Of a DNA stretch of 32,124 nt, positions 24,820-32,124 are shown piece by piece. Made by a program: the position numbers and the translations under genes. The notes under the pieces were generated by a model. That model saw only the letters and a program-made list of their open reading frames with translations, made no database searches and was not told the origin of the DNA. Origin of the DNA: Dehalococcoidia bacterium (GTDB lineage Bacteria > Chloroflexota > Dehalococcoidia > GIF9 > UBA5629); the NCBI GenBank assembly GCA_007280145.1, contig QYPU01000040.1, positions 1-32,124 of the forward strand. The letters run 5' to 3'. The first letter of the stretch is position 1. Each line of letters starts with the position of its first letter.

Positions 24820-26718
24820 TCAGCCAAAGAGATAACAAAAGACCGCAATGGCTACCACACCCACCGCAATAGCCATAACATAGACCTGCAACTGACCCGT
24901 CTGCACTCGCCGCAAAGCATTACCGGCAGCCGCAGTGCCGTCGCCTACTCCATTCACCGCCCCATCAACAACACGAGCATCAAAGAAGTCAAGAGCAGCA
25001 CAAAGCCCATCAACCAGAACCCTGACTACAATTACCTTCTCATAAAGCTCATCAAACCAGTACTTCCGGTAAAGCAGCGTATAAAGAGGCCTAAAAGCTC
25101 TGCCTACAGCTTCAGCCGAAACCCACTTAGCGCTGTACATAGCATAAGCCAGTAAAATGCCTAAGCCAGCCAGCAATAATGATATCAGTGGCAACGGATG
25201 AGTAAGAATGCCAAAGAAACCTTCAGCAAAACCACATACCTCACCATGACCCATAAATGCACCAAAAGCGCCAGTAACATTCAACCACCCTGAGAATACC
25301 GCCAGAACAGCAAGAACAACCATAGGAATGACCATCACCCTCGATGATTCATGAGGCTCATGGCTGCCATGCTCGGATGATGCTCCACCCCGGTATTCGC
25401 CGCCAAAAGTAAGAAAAATAACTCTGAACATATAGAAAGCCGTCATGAACACGGTAATCATGGCCAGGTAGAATAATATCGGGTTGTTAGCAAAGGAAGA
25501 TACTACTATTTCATCCTTGCTCCAGAAGCCGGAAAGAGGCCAGATACCAGCAATGCTCAGCGAGGCAATAAGAAAAGTGGCATAAGTCCACGGCATGACC
25601 TTGCGTAAGCCACCCATCTCCCGTATGTCAAAAGTTCCTGTACTATGGTTGACACTGCCAGCACCAAGAAACAGAAGACACTTAAAAAAGGCATGATTGA
25701 ACAGGTGAAACATGCCAATGGCAATGCCGCCCGTGCCCAAACCAAGCATCATATAGCCTAGCTGGCTAATGGTAGAATAAGCCAGCACACGCTTTATATC
25801 GGTCATCACCAGACCCATACTGGCAGCAAAAATAGCCGTAAAACCGCCGATAACAGCCACTGTAGTCAAGGCTACCTCGGAGTATTCAAATAGAGGATAC
25901 ATGCGAGCTACCAGAAAGACGCCAGCAGCTACCATAGTCGCTGCATGTATCAAAGAACTGACCGGCGTTGGCCCTTCCATAGCATCAGGCAGCCAGACAT
26001 GCAGGGGGAATTGGGCTGACTTGCCCACTGCCCCGGCAAAAATACCAATGGCTACCCACGTTAAAGTGGTACCGGCTAAAACGCCAGCTATAGCTAAGCC
26101 ATGCAGCTCCTCAATATCGAATGTTCCTGTTGTGTAAAACAACAACAAGATAGCAGCCAGAAAGCCAAGGTCGCCAAAGCGAGTAACTATAAAAGCTTTC
26201 TTGGCTGCATCGGCAGCAGATGGTTTATGAAACCAGAAGCCAATAAGAAGATAAGAGCATAAGCCAACGCCCTCCCAGAAAAGGTACATGAAGACCAGGT
26301 TATCAGCCATAACCAGGCCCAGCATACAGGCAGTGAATAGAGACATGAAAGCATAATAACGATGATAGCCAGGGTCACCTTCCATATAACCCTGAGAGTA
26401 AATTTGAACCATCAGGCTAACCACCGTAACCACTACCAGCATCACGGCAGTCAAAGAATCAATCATCAGCCCAATATGAATACTGAAGTCGCTAATTAAC
26501 AGCCACTGGATATCAGGTATCTCCAGCTTATGCCCGGGAGCACCAAACACCTCTGCTACTACCCAGAAGGAAAGGACGCAGGCAGTGCCGATAGCGGCAA
26601 TAGTCACATAACCGCCAAGCTTCGGACGATGATTAAAGAAAGGTCTGAGAATAAAAGAAACAAGAATAAACGAAAACAGAGGCAAAAGAAAGATTAGCCA
26701 CGGAACTTGATGAGGCAT
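24820..26718 (-). CDS. nuoL: Complex I-like subunit L
   Basis: WEGVGLCSYLLIGFW, GKSAQFPLHVWLPDAMEGPTPVS, DIKRVLAYSTISQLG, C-terminal VDGAVN..QTG. Confidence 0.95.
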   Translation of the reverse strand: MPHQVPWLIFLLPLFSFILVSFILRPFFNHRPKLGGYVTIAAIGTACVLSFWVVAEVFGAPGHKLEIPDIQWLLISDFSIHIGLMIDSLTAVMLVVVTVVSLMVQIYSQGYMEGDPGYHRYYAFMSLFTACMLGLVMADNLVFMYLFWEGVGLCSYLLIGFWFHKPSAADAAKKAFIVTRFGDLGFLAAILLLFYTTGTFDIEELHGLAIAGVLAGTTLTWVAIGIFAGAVGKSAQFPLHVWLPDAMEGPTPVSSLIHAATMVAAGVFLVARMYPLFEYSEVALTTVAVIGGFTAIFAASMGLVMTDIKRVLAYSTISQLGYMMLGLGTGGIAIGMFHLFNHAFFKCLLFLGAGSVNHSTGTFDIREMGGLRKVMPWTYATFLIASLSIAGIWPLSGFWSKDEIVVSSFANNPILFYLAMITVFMTAFYMFRVIFLTFGGEYRGGASSEHGSHEPHESSRVMVIPMVVLAVLAVFSGWLNVTGAFGAFMGHGEVCGFAEGFFGILTHPLPLISLLLAGLGILLAYAMYSAKWVSAEAVGRAFRPLYTLLYRKYWFDELYEKVIVVRVLVDGLCAALDFFDARVVDGAVNGVGDGTAAAGNALRRVQTGQLQVYVMAIAVGVVAIAVFCYLFG

Positions 26719-26912
26719 TATAGTTTCCTTAGCATCTCCTCGATAACATGTACTTTCTCCCGGGAGACAAGAACGCTATACTTCGGCGCTCCGCCAATAC
26801 CAGGCTCATCGTGGTCAGGTAAAACCCGCGCCGGCACGCCCTCACCTTCAAAGAAGTCTTTCCACATCTCAGCCATTATCAAATTAGGTGCCTTCTTAAC
26901 TTCAACCCACAT
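26718..26912 (-). CDS. Small soluble protein, DUF2007-like, inserted between nuoK and nuoL
   Basis: 64 aa, WVEV..APN...AEMWK..FEGEGVP..V...V.V pattern as recalled for DUF2007; fills the gap in the operon; TAATG overlap with nuoL. Confidence 0.7.
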   Translation of the reverse strand: MWVEVKKAPNLIMAEMWKDFFEGEGVPARVLPDHDEPGIGGAPKYSVLVSREKVHVIEEMLRKL

Positions 26913-26923
26913 AATCTAGCTCA

Positions 26924-27235
26924 CTACCATTTCATTAAATCGAATTTCTCTGCATCCACAGTTCCACGACTACGATAAATAGCAATTATTATAGCTATGC
27001 CAACAGCAGCCTCAGCCGCAGCCACCGCCATCACAAATATGGCAAAAATCTGTCCAGTAAGAAGCGTAGGCACAACATAACGGGAAAAGGCAACCAGTGT
27101 GATATTCACCGCATTGAGCATGATTTCAACACACATCAGAATAACCACAGCATTGCGCTTGGACAAAACACCATACAAGCCAATGCAAAAAAGAACTGCT
27201 GATAAGATAAGGTAATGTTCCAGTCCAACTGACAC
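26924..27235 (-). CDS. nuoK: Complex I-like subunit K
   Basis: [28 protein letters not shown]. Confidence 0.95.
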   Translation of the reverse strand: MSVGLEHYLILSAVLFCIGLYGVLSKRNAVVILMCVEIMLNAVNITLVAFSRYVVPTLLTGQIFAIFVMAVAAAEAAVGIAIIIAIYRSRGTVDAEKFDLMKW

Positions 27236-27237
27236 TT

Positions 27238-27726
27238 CTATTTCTCCCTTATTAGCACGATAGCACCCAGTACCGCCGCCAAAATCAGCACCGCTGTGAC
27301 TTCCACAGGCAATAGAAACCCACCTTCACCAAATAGCCTGACACCTATAGCCGCTGTCGTCGGTTCCAGTGGCGGCACATCGCTTGTATACCATTGGGTA
27401 GTTATTGCAGTGAACACCAACGTCCCCAAAAGCAACAACCCGACCACCAAGGCAGGAATGCGCAGTTTTCCTGAAGAACTGCCATGCCACATCTCACGAG
27501 TAAGCATAATACCCACAATAATTACTACAGAGATAGCCCCTACATAGACGAGAATCTGAACAACAGCCAGGAAGTCAGCGTGAAGTGTTATGTAAACTCC
27601 AGCCACAGTCAGGAAAAGGAAAACCAGACAAAGAGCCGCCCGAAACACATCGCGCAGAAGAACAACAGCCAGGGCTGCGATTACAGTTACCACCGCTAAT
27701 ACCCAAAAAACAATGTCAAACACCAC
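27238..27726 (-). CDS. nuoJ: Complex I-like subunit J
   Basis: [20 protein letters not shown]....LA..GAIVL. Confidence 0.93.
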   Translation of the reverse strand: MVFDIVFWVLAVVTVIAALAVVLLRDVFRAALCLVFLFLTVAGVYITLHADFLAVVQILVYVGAISVVIIVGIMLTREMWHGSSSGKLRIPALVVGLLLLGTLVFTAITTQWYTSDVPPLEPTTAAIGVRLFGEGGFLLPVEVTAVLILAAVLGAIVLIREK

Positions 27727-28261
27727 GACCTCTCTTCTTGCTTAGCGGCACTAAGCTTAATTTCTGCCCACCTTTTTCCCTGTCCCAGTTAACGAGCAAA
27801 CTCTGCTCAGGTAGAGTCGCTTCAATCTTCGGTCGAGCATAGCCGCTGGGCTGCCTGACATCAGATAACCGGAGCTCTTCCTTGCTCAACACAAGCTGTC
27901 CTCGACGATACTGCGCTCGCTCATAGCTAAGCCCCATAGCCAATGCCTCATACGGGCAGGACTCAACACACAAGCCGCAGAACATACAACGCCCGGTATC
28001 TACTTCAAATTTATCAACTACGTAATTGTTCTCGTCACCTACATGGGTGACAATTTCAATATTGCCCTGAGGACAACTCTTAGCACAAGTAGCACAGCCA
28101 GTACATCTATCAGGATACCAGACCAGCTCGTTGCCTCGTATACGCCGTGAAACGACCAGCTTTTCCTCAGGATATTGCACCGTAATCGGCGGACGGAAAA
28201 GATGCTTGAAGGTTAAAGCCATTCCCTTGGCAATACCGATTCCATATCTTTCAAACTTCAA
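27716..28261 (-). CDS. nuoI: Complex I-like subunit I (2x[4Fe-4S])
   Basis: TVQYPEE, CTGCATCAKSCP, CMFCGLCVESCP. Confidence 0.95.
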   Translation of the reverse strand: MKFERYGIGIAKGMALTFKHLFRPPITVQYPEEKLVVSRRIRGNELVWYPDRCTGCATCAKSCPQGNIEIVTHVGDENNYVVDKFEVDTGRCMFCGLCVESCPYEALAMGLSYERAQYRRGQLVLSKEELRLSDVRQPSGYARPKIEATLPEQSLLVNWDREKGGQKLSLVPLSKKRGRGV

Positions 28262-29360
28262 CTCTACCGCCTCCCAGGGTAAACAACTTCGACCACAGCA
28301 AAATCAGGGCACCCGCAAAAGCAAAGTTCACCACCACCATTATCCAGGGTAGAGATTCTGGCAGCCACAGCACCTCAGCAGCAACTACAAACAGGTTAAT
28401 TACTGCCATCGGCAGCAAGCACTTCCAGGCAAAGGACATCAACTGGTCTACCCGCAGCCGGGGAAGAGTGGCACGTATCCATACAATAACAAAAAACACC
28501 GCCACGACTTTAATCAGCAACCATAAAAACGGCGGCAGCAACGGCCCTCGCCAACCACCCAGGAAGAGAGTAGCGATAATACACGAATAAGCCAGCGCAT
28601 GACAATACTCGCCAAGATAAAACATGGCAAATTTCATCCCGGAATACTCAGTATGGAAGCCGGCAACGATTTCAGAGTCAGCTTCGAGAAGGTCAAACGG
28701 ACTCCGGTTCATCTCGGCAACCGCTCCCAGGAAAAAGATAATGAACCCCAGAGGTTGAAGTAAAATAAAAGGAATCGTCTGCGCAGCTACAATCTGGCTC
28801 ATTGACAGCGAGCCAACCATCAATACCACACCAAGAATGGACAGGATTACCGGCAGCTCATAGCTAACCACCTGGGCTACCATCCGCAACGCTGAAATTA
28901 ACGCATATTTATTATTAGACGCCCAACCCGCCATATATATACCGACTGCGGACACAGAACTAATTGCCACCACATAAACTATGCCCACATTCAGGTCGAT
29001 GAAAATAGCACCTTCCCAAAAAGGCACTACCGCAAAAATCATCAGCACCGGCACAAAGACAACCAGCGGTGCCAGCCAATGGAGCCACTTATCACCTTTA
29101 GCTGGCACGATATCTTCCTTCAATAATACTTTGACCGCCGTGGCAATCGGCTGAAAAATCCCCTCCGGCCCAAGTCGGTTGGGACCTAAGCGAATTTGAA
29201 ACCGACCCAGCAAGCGACGCTCAAAATAGATAAAAACTATTACCATACATAATGCAAAGGCAATAACAATCACCACACCAACTATGGCAGGGGTTACGTA
29301 AGCTGCCCACTCCGGCCACATAGTGGCCAGCCATAGCTGAAATTGTTCCAGAAGCGTCAT
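28251..29360 (-). CDS. nuoH: Complex I-like subunit H
   Basis: ERR..GRFQIRLGPNR, SNNKYA, SYE, AEMNRSPFDLLEADSEIVAGFHTEYSG, PRLRVDQL. Confidence 0.95.
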   Translation of the reverse strand: MTLLEQFQLWLATMWPEWAAYVTPAIVGVVIVIAFALCMVIVFIYFERRLLGRFQIRLGPNRLGPEGIFQPIATAVKVLLKEDIVPAKGDKWLHWLAPLVVFVPVLMIFAVVPFWEGAIFIDLNVGIVYVVAISSVSAVGIYMAGWASNNKYALISALRMVAQVVSYELPVILSILGVVLMVGSLSMSQIVAAQTIPFILLQPLGFIIFFLGAVAEMNRSPFDLLEADSEIVAGFHTEYSGMKFAMFYLGEYCHALAYSCIIATLFLGGWRGPLLPPFLWLLIKVVAVFFVIVWIRATLPRLRVDQLMSFAWKCLLPMAVINLFVVAAEVLWLPESLPWIMVVVNFAFAGALILLWSKLFTLGGGRVEV

Positions 29361-30463
29361 TACCGGTCTATCTCCCCCAAACAGACATCAATACTGCCAA
29401 AAGTAATTATCAAGTCAGCCACCTTCCAGCCGATAACCATATCCTTCAACGCCGTCAAATTAATCAAAGTCGGAGGACGAATACGGAACCGATAAGGAGC
29501 AATAGAATTATCGCTAACCAGATAAAAACCAAGCTCCCCTTTGGGGGCCTCTATATGCCCGTAAACCTCACCGACCGGCGGGCGCAGCAGCCGAGGCACC
29601 TCGGCACAAACCTCACCTTCAGGCAACTGGGGTATTGCCTGCTCCAAGATACGAACGCTCTGCCTCATCTCCTGAACTCTCACCCAGTAACGGTCGTAGC
29701 AATCACCAGCACTGCCCACAGGTATATCAAAGTCAAAGCGGTCATAGATGGAATATGGGTCAGCCCGGCGGATATCCCACTTCACACCGCTGGCCCTCAG
29801 CACCGGGCCGCTGGCTGCACTATTTATCGCCAACTCTTCAGGCAAAACGCCAACGCCTTTACTCCGTACTAATAGAATTTCGTTCCCCGCCAGAAGCTGG
29901 TCATATTCATCAATGAATCCCGGCATCTCAGCCACAAACCTCTTCAAAGCCGGCAAAAACTCTTCGGGAATATCATGGCTAACGCCGCCAATGCGCATGT
30001 AATTGTAAGTAAGCCTTTGACCACAAACCATCTCAAATAGGTCCAGCAGCTTCTCCCTTTCCCGCCACATATACAAGACTGGAGTCATCATAGCCCCGAG
30101 GTCATTGAGGAAAAAGCCAACTGCCATAAGATGGCTGGCAATACGCATCATTTCAGCCGTAATAACCCTCAGGTACTCAGCCCGCTCCGGGACCTTTACC
30201 TCCGCCAATTTCTCCACTGCCAGCACATAGGCTAAATTGTTTGTTATCGAAGCTAAATAGTCCAGTCTGTCTGTAAATGGGATGTTTTGGGTATAAGTCC
30301 GTCCCTCCGCCAGTTTCTCAATCCCGCGGTGGAGATAACCAATAACAGGCTCCACATCAACAACGACTTCCCCATCAAGAGTAGCCCGCAGCCGAAAGAC
30401 GCCATGAGTTGATGGGTGCTGAGGGCCTATATTGAGAATAAAGGGCTCTGTCTTGATTGCCAT
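29360..30463 (-). CDS. nuoD: Complex I-like subunit D
   Basis: NIGPQHPSTHGV, GYLHRGIEK, DRLDY, EAPKGELG, GEIDR; no NiFe CxxC motifs. Start re-called at ATG 30463. Confidence 0.95.
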   Translation of the reverse strand: MAIKTEPFILNIGPQHPSTHGVFRLRATLDGEVVVDVEPVIGYLHRGIEKLAEGRTYTQNIPFTDRLDYLASITNNLAYVLAVEKLAEVKVPERAEYLRVITAEMMRIASHLMAVGFFLNDLGAMMTPVLYMWREREKLLDLFEMVCGQRLTYNYMRIGGVSHDIPEEFLPALKRFVAEMPGFIDEYDQLLAGNEILLVRSKGVGVLPEELAINSAASGPVLRASGVKWDIRRADPYSIYDRFDFDIPVGSAGDCYDRYWVRVQEMRQSVRILEQAIPQLPEGEVCAEVPRLLRPPVGEVYGHIEAPKGELGFYLVSDNSIAPYRFRIRPPTLINLTALKDMVIGWKVADLIITFGSIDVCLGEIDR

Positions 30464-30464
30464 C

Positions 30465-30905
30465 TTAGAGATAATCCCTCCGCAGCGGGTGCCCCACAAA
30501 TCCTTCCCAGAGCAACAAACGCTTCAGATTAGGATGACCTTCAAAGGTGATGCCCATCAGGTCGTAGACCTCTCGTTCCTGAAAATCGGCAGCACGCCAT
30601 AGATTGACTACCGAGGATACCACGGGCTTTTCCCGCTCATAGCACCTGGTCTTCAAAACCAGACTATGATTATGCTTCAAAGACGTTAAATGATAAACAA
30701 CCTCAAAATAGTCGAGATAATCAACAGCAGTAAGGTCGGTAAGATAATCAAAATCAAGCCCTGCGGTATTCTTGAGAAACTCAGCTACCTGATAAAGAGA
30801 CTGATTGGTCACAATAACAGCCGCTTTGTCGGCCGCAACAACAGAGCCGGGGAAAGCTCCCCTTATCTTTTCCGCTACCTCTTCGCCATTCAAGGCTATA
30901 GTCAC
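30465..30905 (-). CDS. nuoC: Complex I-like subunit C
   Basis: AVDY, EREVYDLMGITFEGHPNLKRLL, GHPLRRDY. Confidence 0.95.
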   Translation of the reverse strand: MTIALNGEEVAEKIRGAFPGSVVAADKAAVIVTNQSLYQVAEFLKNTAGLDFDYLTDLTAVDYLDYFEVVYHLTSLKHNHSLVLKTRCYEREKPVVSSVVNLWRAADFQEREVYDLMGITFEGHPNLKRLLLWEGFVGHPLRRDYL

Positions 30906-30948
30906 TCTTGCTAACTACCTCCAATCACACAATCAAGCATACCTCTGG

Positions 30949-31539
30949 TCACGACGTCTTTATACTTTCTTTACCGATTTTCTTATGTATCTTCGTTATA
31001 CCGTAAAGCAACCCCTCGGGCCGAGGCGGACACCCAGGCACATAGACATCAACGGGGATTATATGATTGATACCCGGCACAACGCTGTAAGACTCTCTGA
31101 ATGTGCCACCGCTAATAGCACAAGCCCCCATAGCTATCACCCATTTAGGCTCAGCCATCTGCTCATAGACCAATTTCACTGCTGGCGCCATCTTCCAGGT
31201 CAATGTGCCAGCAACAATCATGAGGTCAGCCTGGCGTGGTGACCAGCGAAAAATGTCCATGCCGAAGCGAGAGATATCAAAGCGTGAAGCTGCGCTACCA
31301 ATCATCTCAAAAGCACAGCAGGCCAAACCAAACATAAGCGGGAATATCGACCTCGACCGTGCCCAATCAACCGCATAATCTACAGTTGTCAAAAGGACAT
31401 TGCGCCTGAGCTCTTCTTCGAGCCACCTGTCCGGGTCAGGTATTGCCTGTTGGGAAGTTTCCTTTAGTGAGTTGATTCTTAACGCTTCAGCAGCATCGAT
31501 TTCATCCGAAAATATAACCTCGTACCTTTCTATTTCCAC
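30949..31539 (-). CDS. nuoB: Complex I-like subunit B
   Basis: [32 protein letters not shown] (N2 cluster ligands). Confidence 0.95.
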   Translation of the reverse strand: MEIERYEVIFSDEIDAAEALRINSLKETSQQAIPDPDRWLEEELRRNVLLTTVDYAVDWARSRSIFPLMFGLACCAFEMIGSAASRFDISRFGMDIFRWSPRQADLMIVAGTLTWKMAPAVKLVYEQMAEPKWVIAMGACAISGGTFRESYSVVPGINHIIPVDVYVPGCPPRPEGLLYGITKIHKKIGKESIKTS

Positions 31540-31901
31540 TCCAGGGCTCCTTTCAGCCAGGCATAAATATACCCCACCATAAGAATTACAAAGAAAACGC
31601 CTACCGCAATCAGACCAAACACGCCTAGCCCCTTAAGATTAACCGCCCAGGGATACAAGAAGACAGTCAACACATCGAGAGCAACGAAGAGAACAGCGAA
31701 AAGGTAGTAGCGGAAGTTAAACTGAACCCACGTCTTACCGACGGTTTCCATGCCGCACTCATAGGTGGAAGTCTTAGCTGGATTGCTCTTCCTGGGAACG
31801 ATGCCGAGAAAGCTGAGCCCTAAAGGAATAAGCGGCATGGAAACCGCAAACAGAATAGCTACTATAAGGAGTATCCCGATATAACCGTAATCCGCTAGCA
31901 A
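31530..31901 (-). CDS. nuoA: Complex I-like subunit A
   Basis: YECG, FRYYLFA, LYPWA, KGALEW. Start re-called at TTG 31901 (GAGGAGG at 31910-31916). Confidence 0.93.
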   Translation of the reverse strand: MLADYGYIGILLIVAILFAVSMPLIPLGLSFLGIVPRKSNPAKTSTYECGMETVGKTWVQFNFRYYLFAVLFVALDVLTVFLYPWAVNLKGLGVFGLIAVGVFFVILMVGYIYAWLKGALEWK

Positions 31902-31957
31902 TACGCAGGCCTCCTCGGCTCGAAATGGCGTCTGAAAGTGTAGCACATCCCTGGAAC

Positions 31958-31987
31958 AAAAAACAAGCTGGCGTACTCGTTCAGCTT
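31958..31987 (-). terminator. Intrinsic terminator-like hairpin upstream of nuoA
   Basis: Minus strand AAGCTG-aacgagtacgc-CAGCTT-G-TTTTTT. Confidence 0.55.
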
Positions 31988-32077
31988 ATAGACACATTAC
32001 CTCCTTGTATATTTTGCCGATATTGTTCCAGTCATTTGGGCAACTTCACCAGGCAAAAACATGCAGTGCGAGGCAAT

Positions 32078-32100
32078 GTAGTGCAGGGCTTTAGCCCTGC
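32078..32100 (+). repeat. GTAG-type REP-like palindrome
   Basis: GTAG-T-GCAGGGCT-TT-AGCCCTGC: GTAG tetranucleotide followed by an 8-bp GC-rich stem, intergenic; single copy in this window. Confidence 0.55.
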
Positions 32101-32124
32101 CCGTCAACCACCGCCAGGCAGCCT

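Noticed and set aside
29360-31539. Group 4 [NiFe]-hydrogenase
   Set aside because: Large subunit lacks both CxxC nickel motifs; NuoB has the adjacent CC of complex I
210-31582. Numerous plus-strand ORFs in the track (e.g. 3428..3940, 4053..4718, 9085..9651, 18778..19365)
   Set aside because: Antisense shadows of well-supported minus-strand genes with no motifs; similar shadow pairs just reflect the paralogs
1-32124. CRISPR array, tRNA or rRNA
   Set aside because: No regularly spaced repeats or RNA-gene signatures; orphan GGAGGTG motifs are SD-sense on the coding strand, not 16S fragments

Overview
32 kb bacterial window; every intact gene is on the minus strand. Gene content suggests an anaerobic Chloroflexota (Dehalococcoidia-like) genome, which is an inference. 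In transcription order (right to left): (1) an 11-subunit complex I-like operon, nuoABCDHIJK-(64-aa DUF2007-like gene)-LMN, with no nuoEFG, followed by a non-canonical crotonase-family gene. (2) Module B (about 11.3-20.9 kb): TetR, LivG, acyl-CoA synthetase, LivH, LivM, binding lipoprotein, LivF, corrinoid protein, URO-D/MtaA-fold protein. (3) A decayed IS1202/ISNCY-like end. (4) Module A (about 0.2-11.1 kb): TetR, a chimeric CoA-ligase/TetR remnant, binding lipoprotein, LivH, LivM with a C-terminal zinc ribbon, acyl-CoA ligase, LivG, LivF, corrinoid protein, two URO-D/MtaA-fold proteins. The main candidate for an undescribed system is this twice-assembled unit of LIV-type uptake, CoA activation and corrinoid methyl transfer. 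It also has apparent post-transcriptional architecture: both binding-protein genes are bracketed by an upstream Shine-Dalgarno plus minigene and a downstream perfect hairpin. All family assignments come from motif recognition by eye; no database searches were run.
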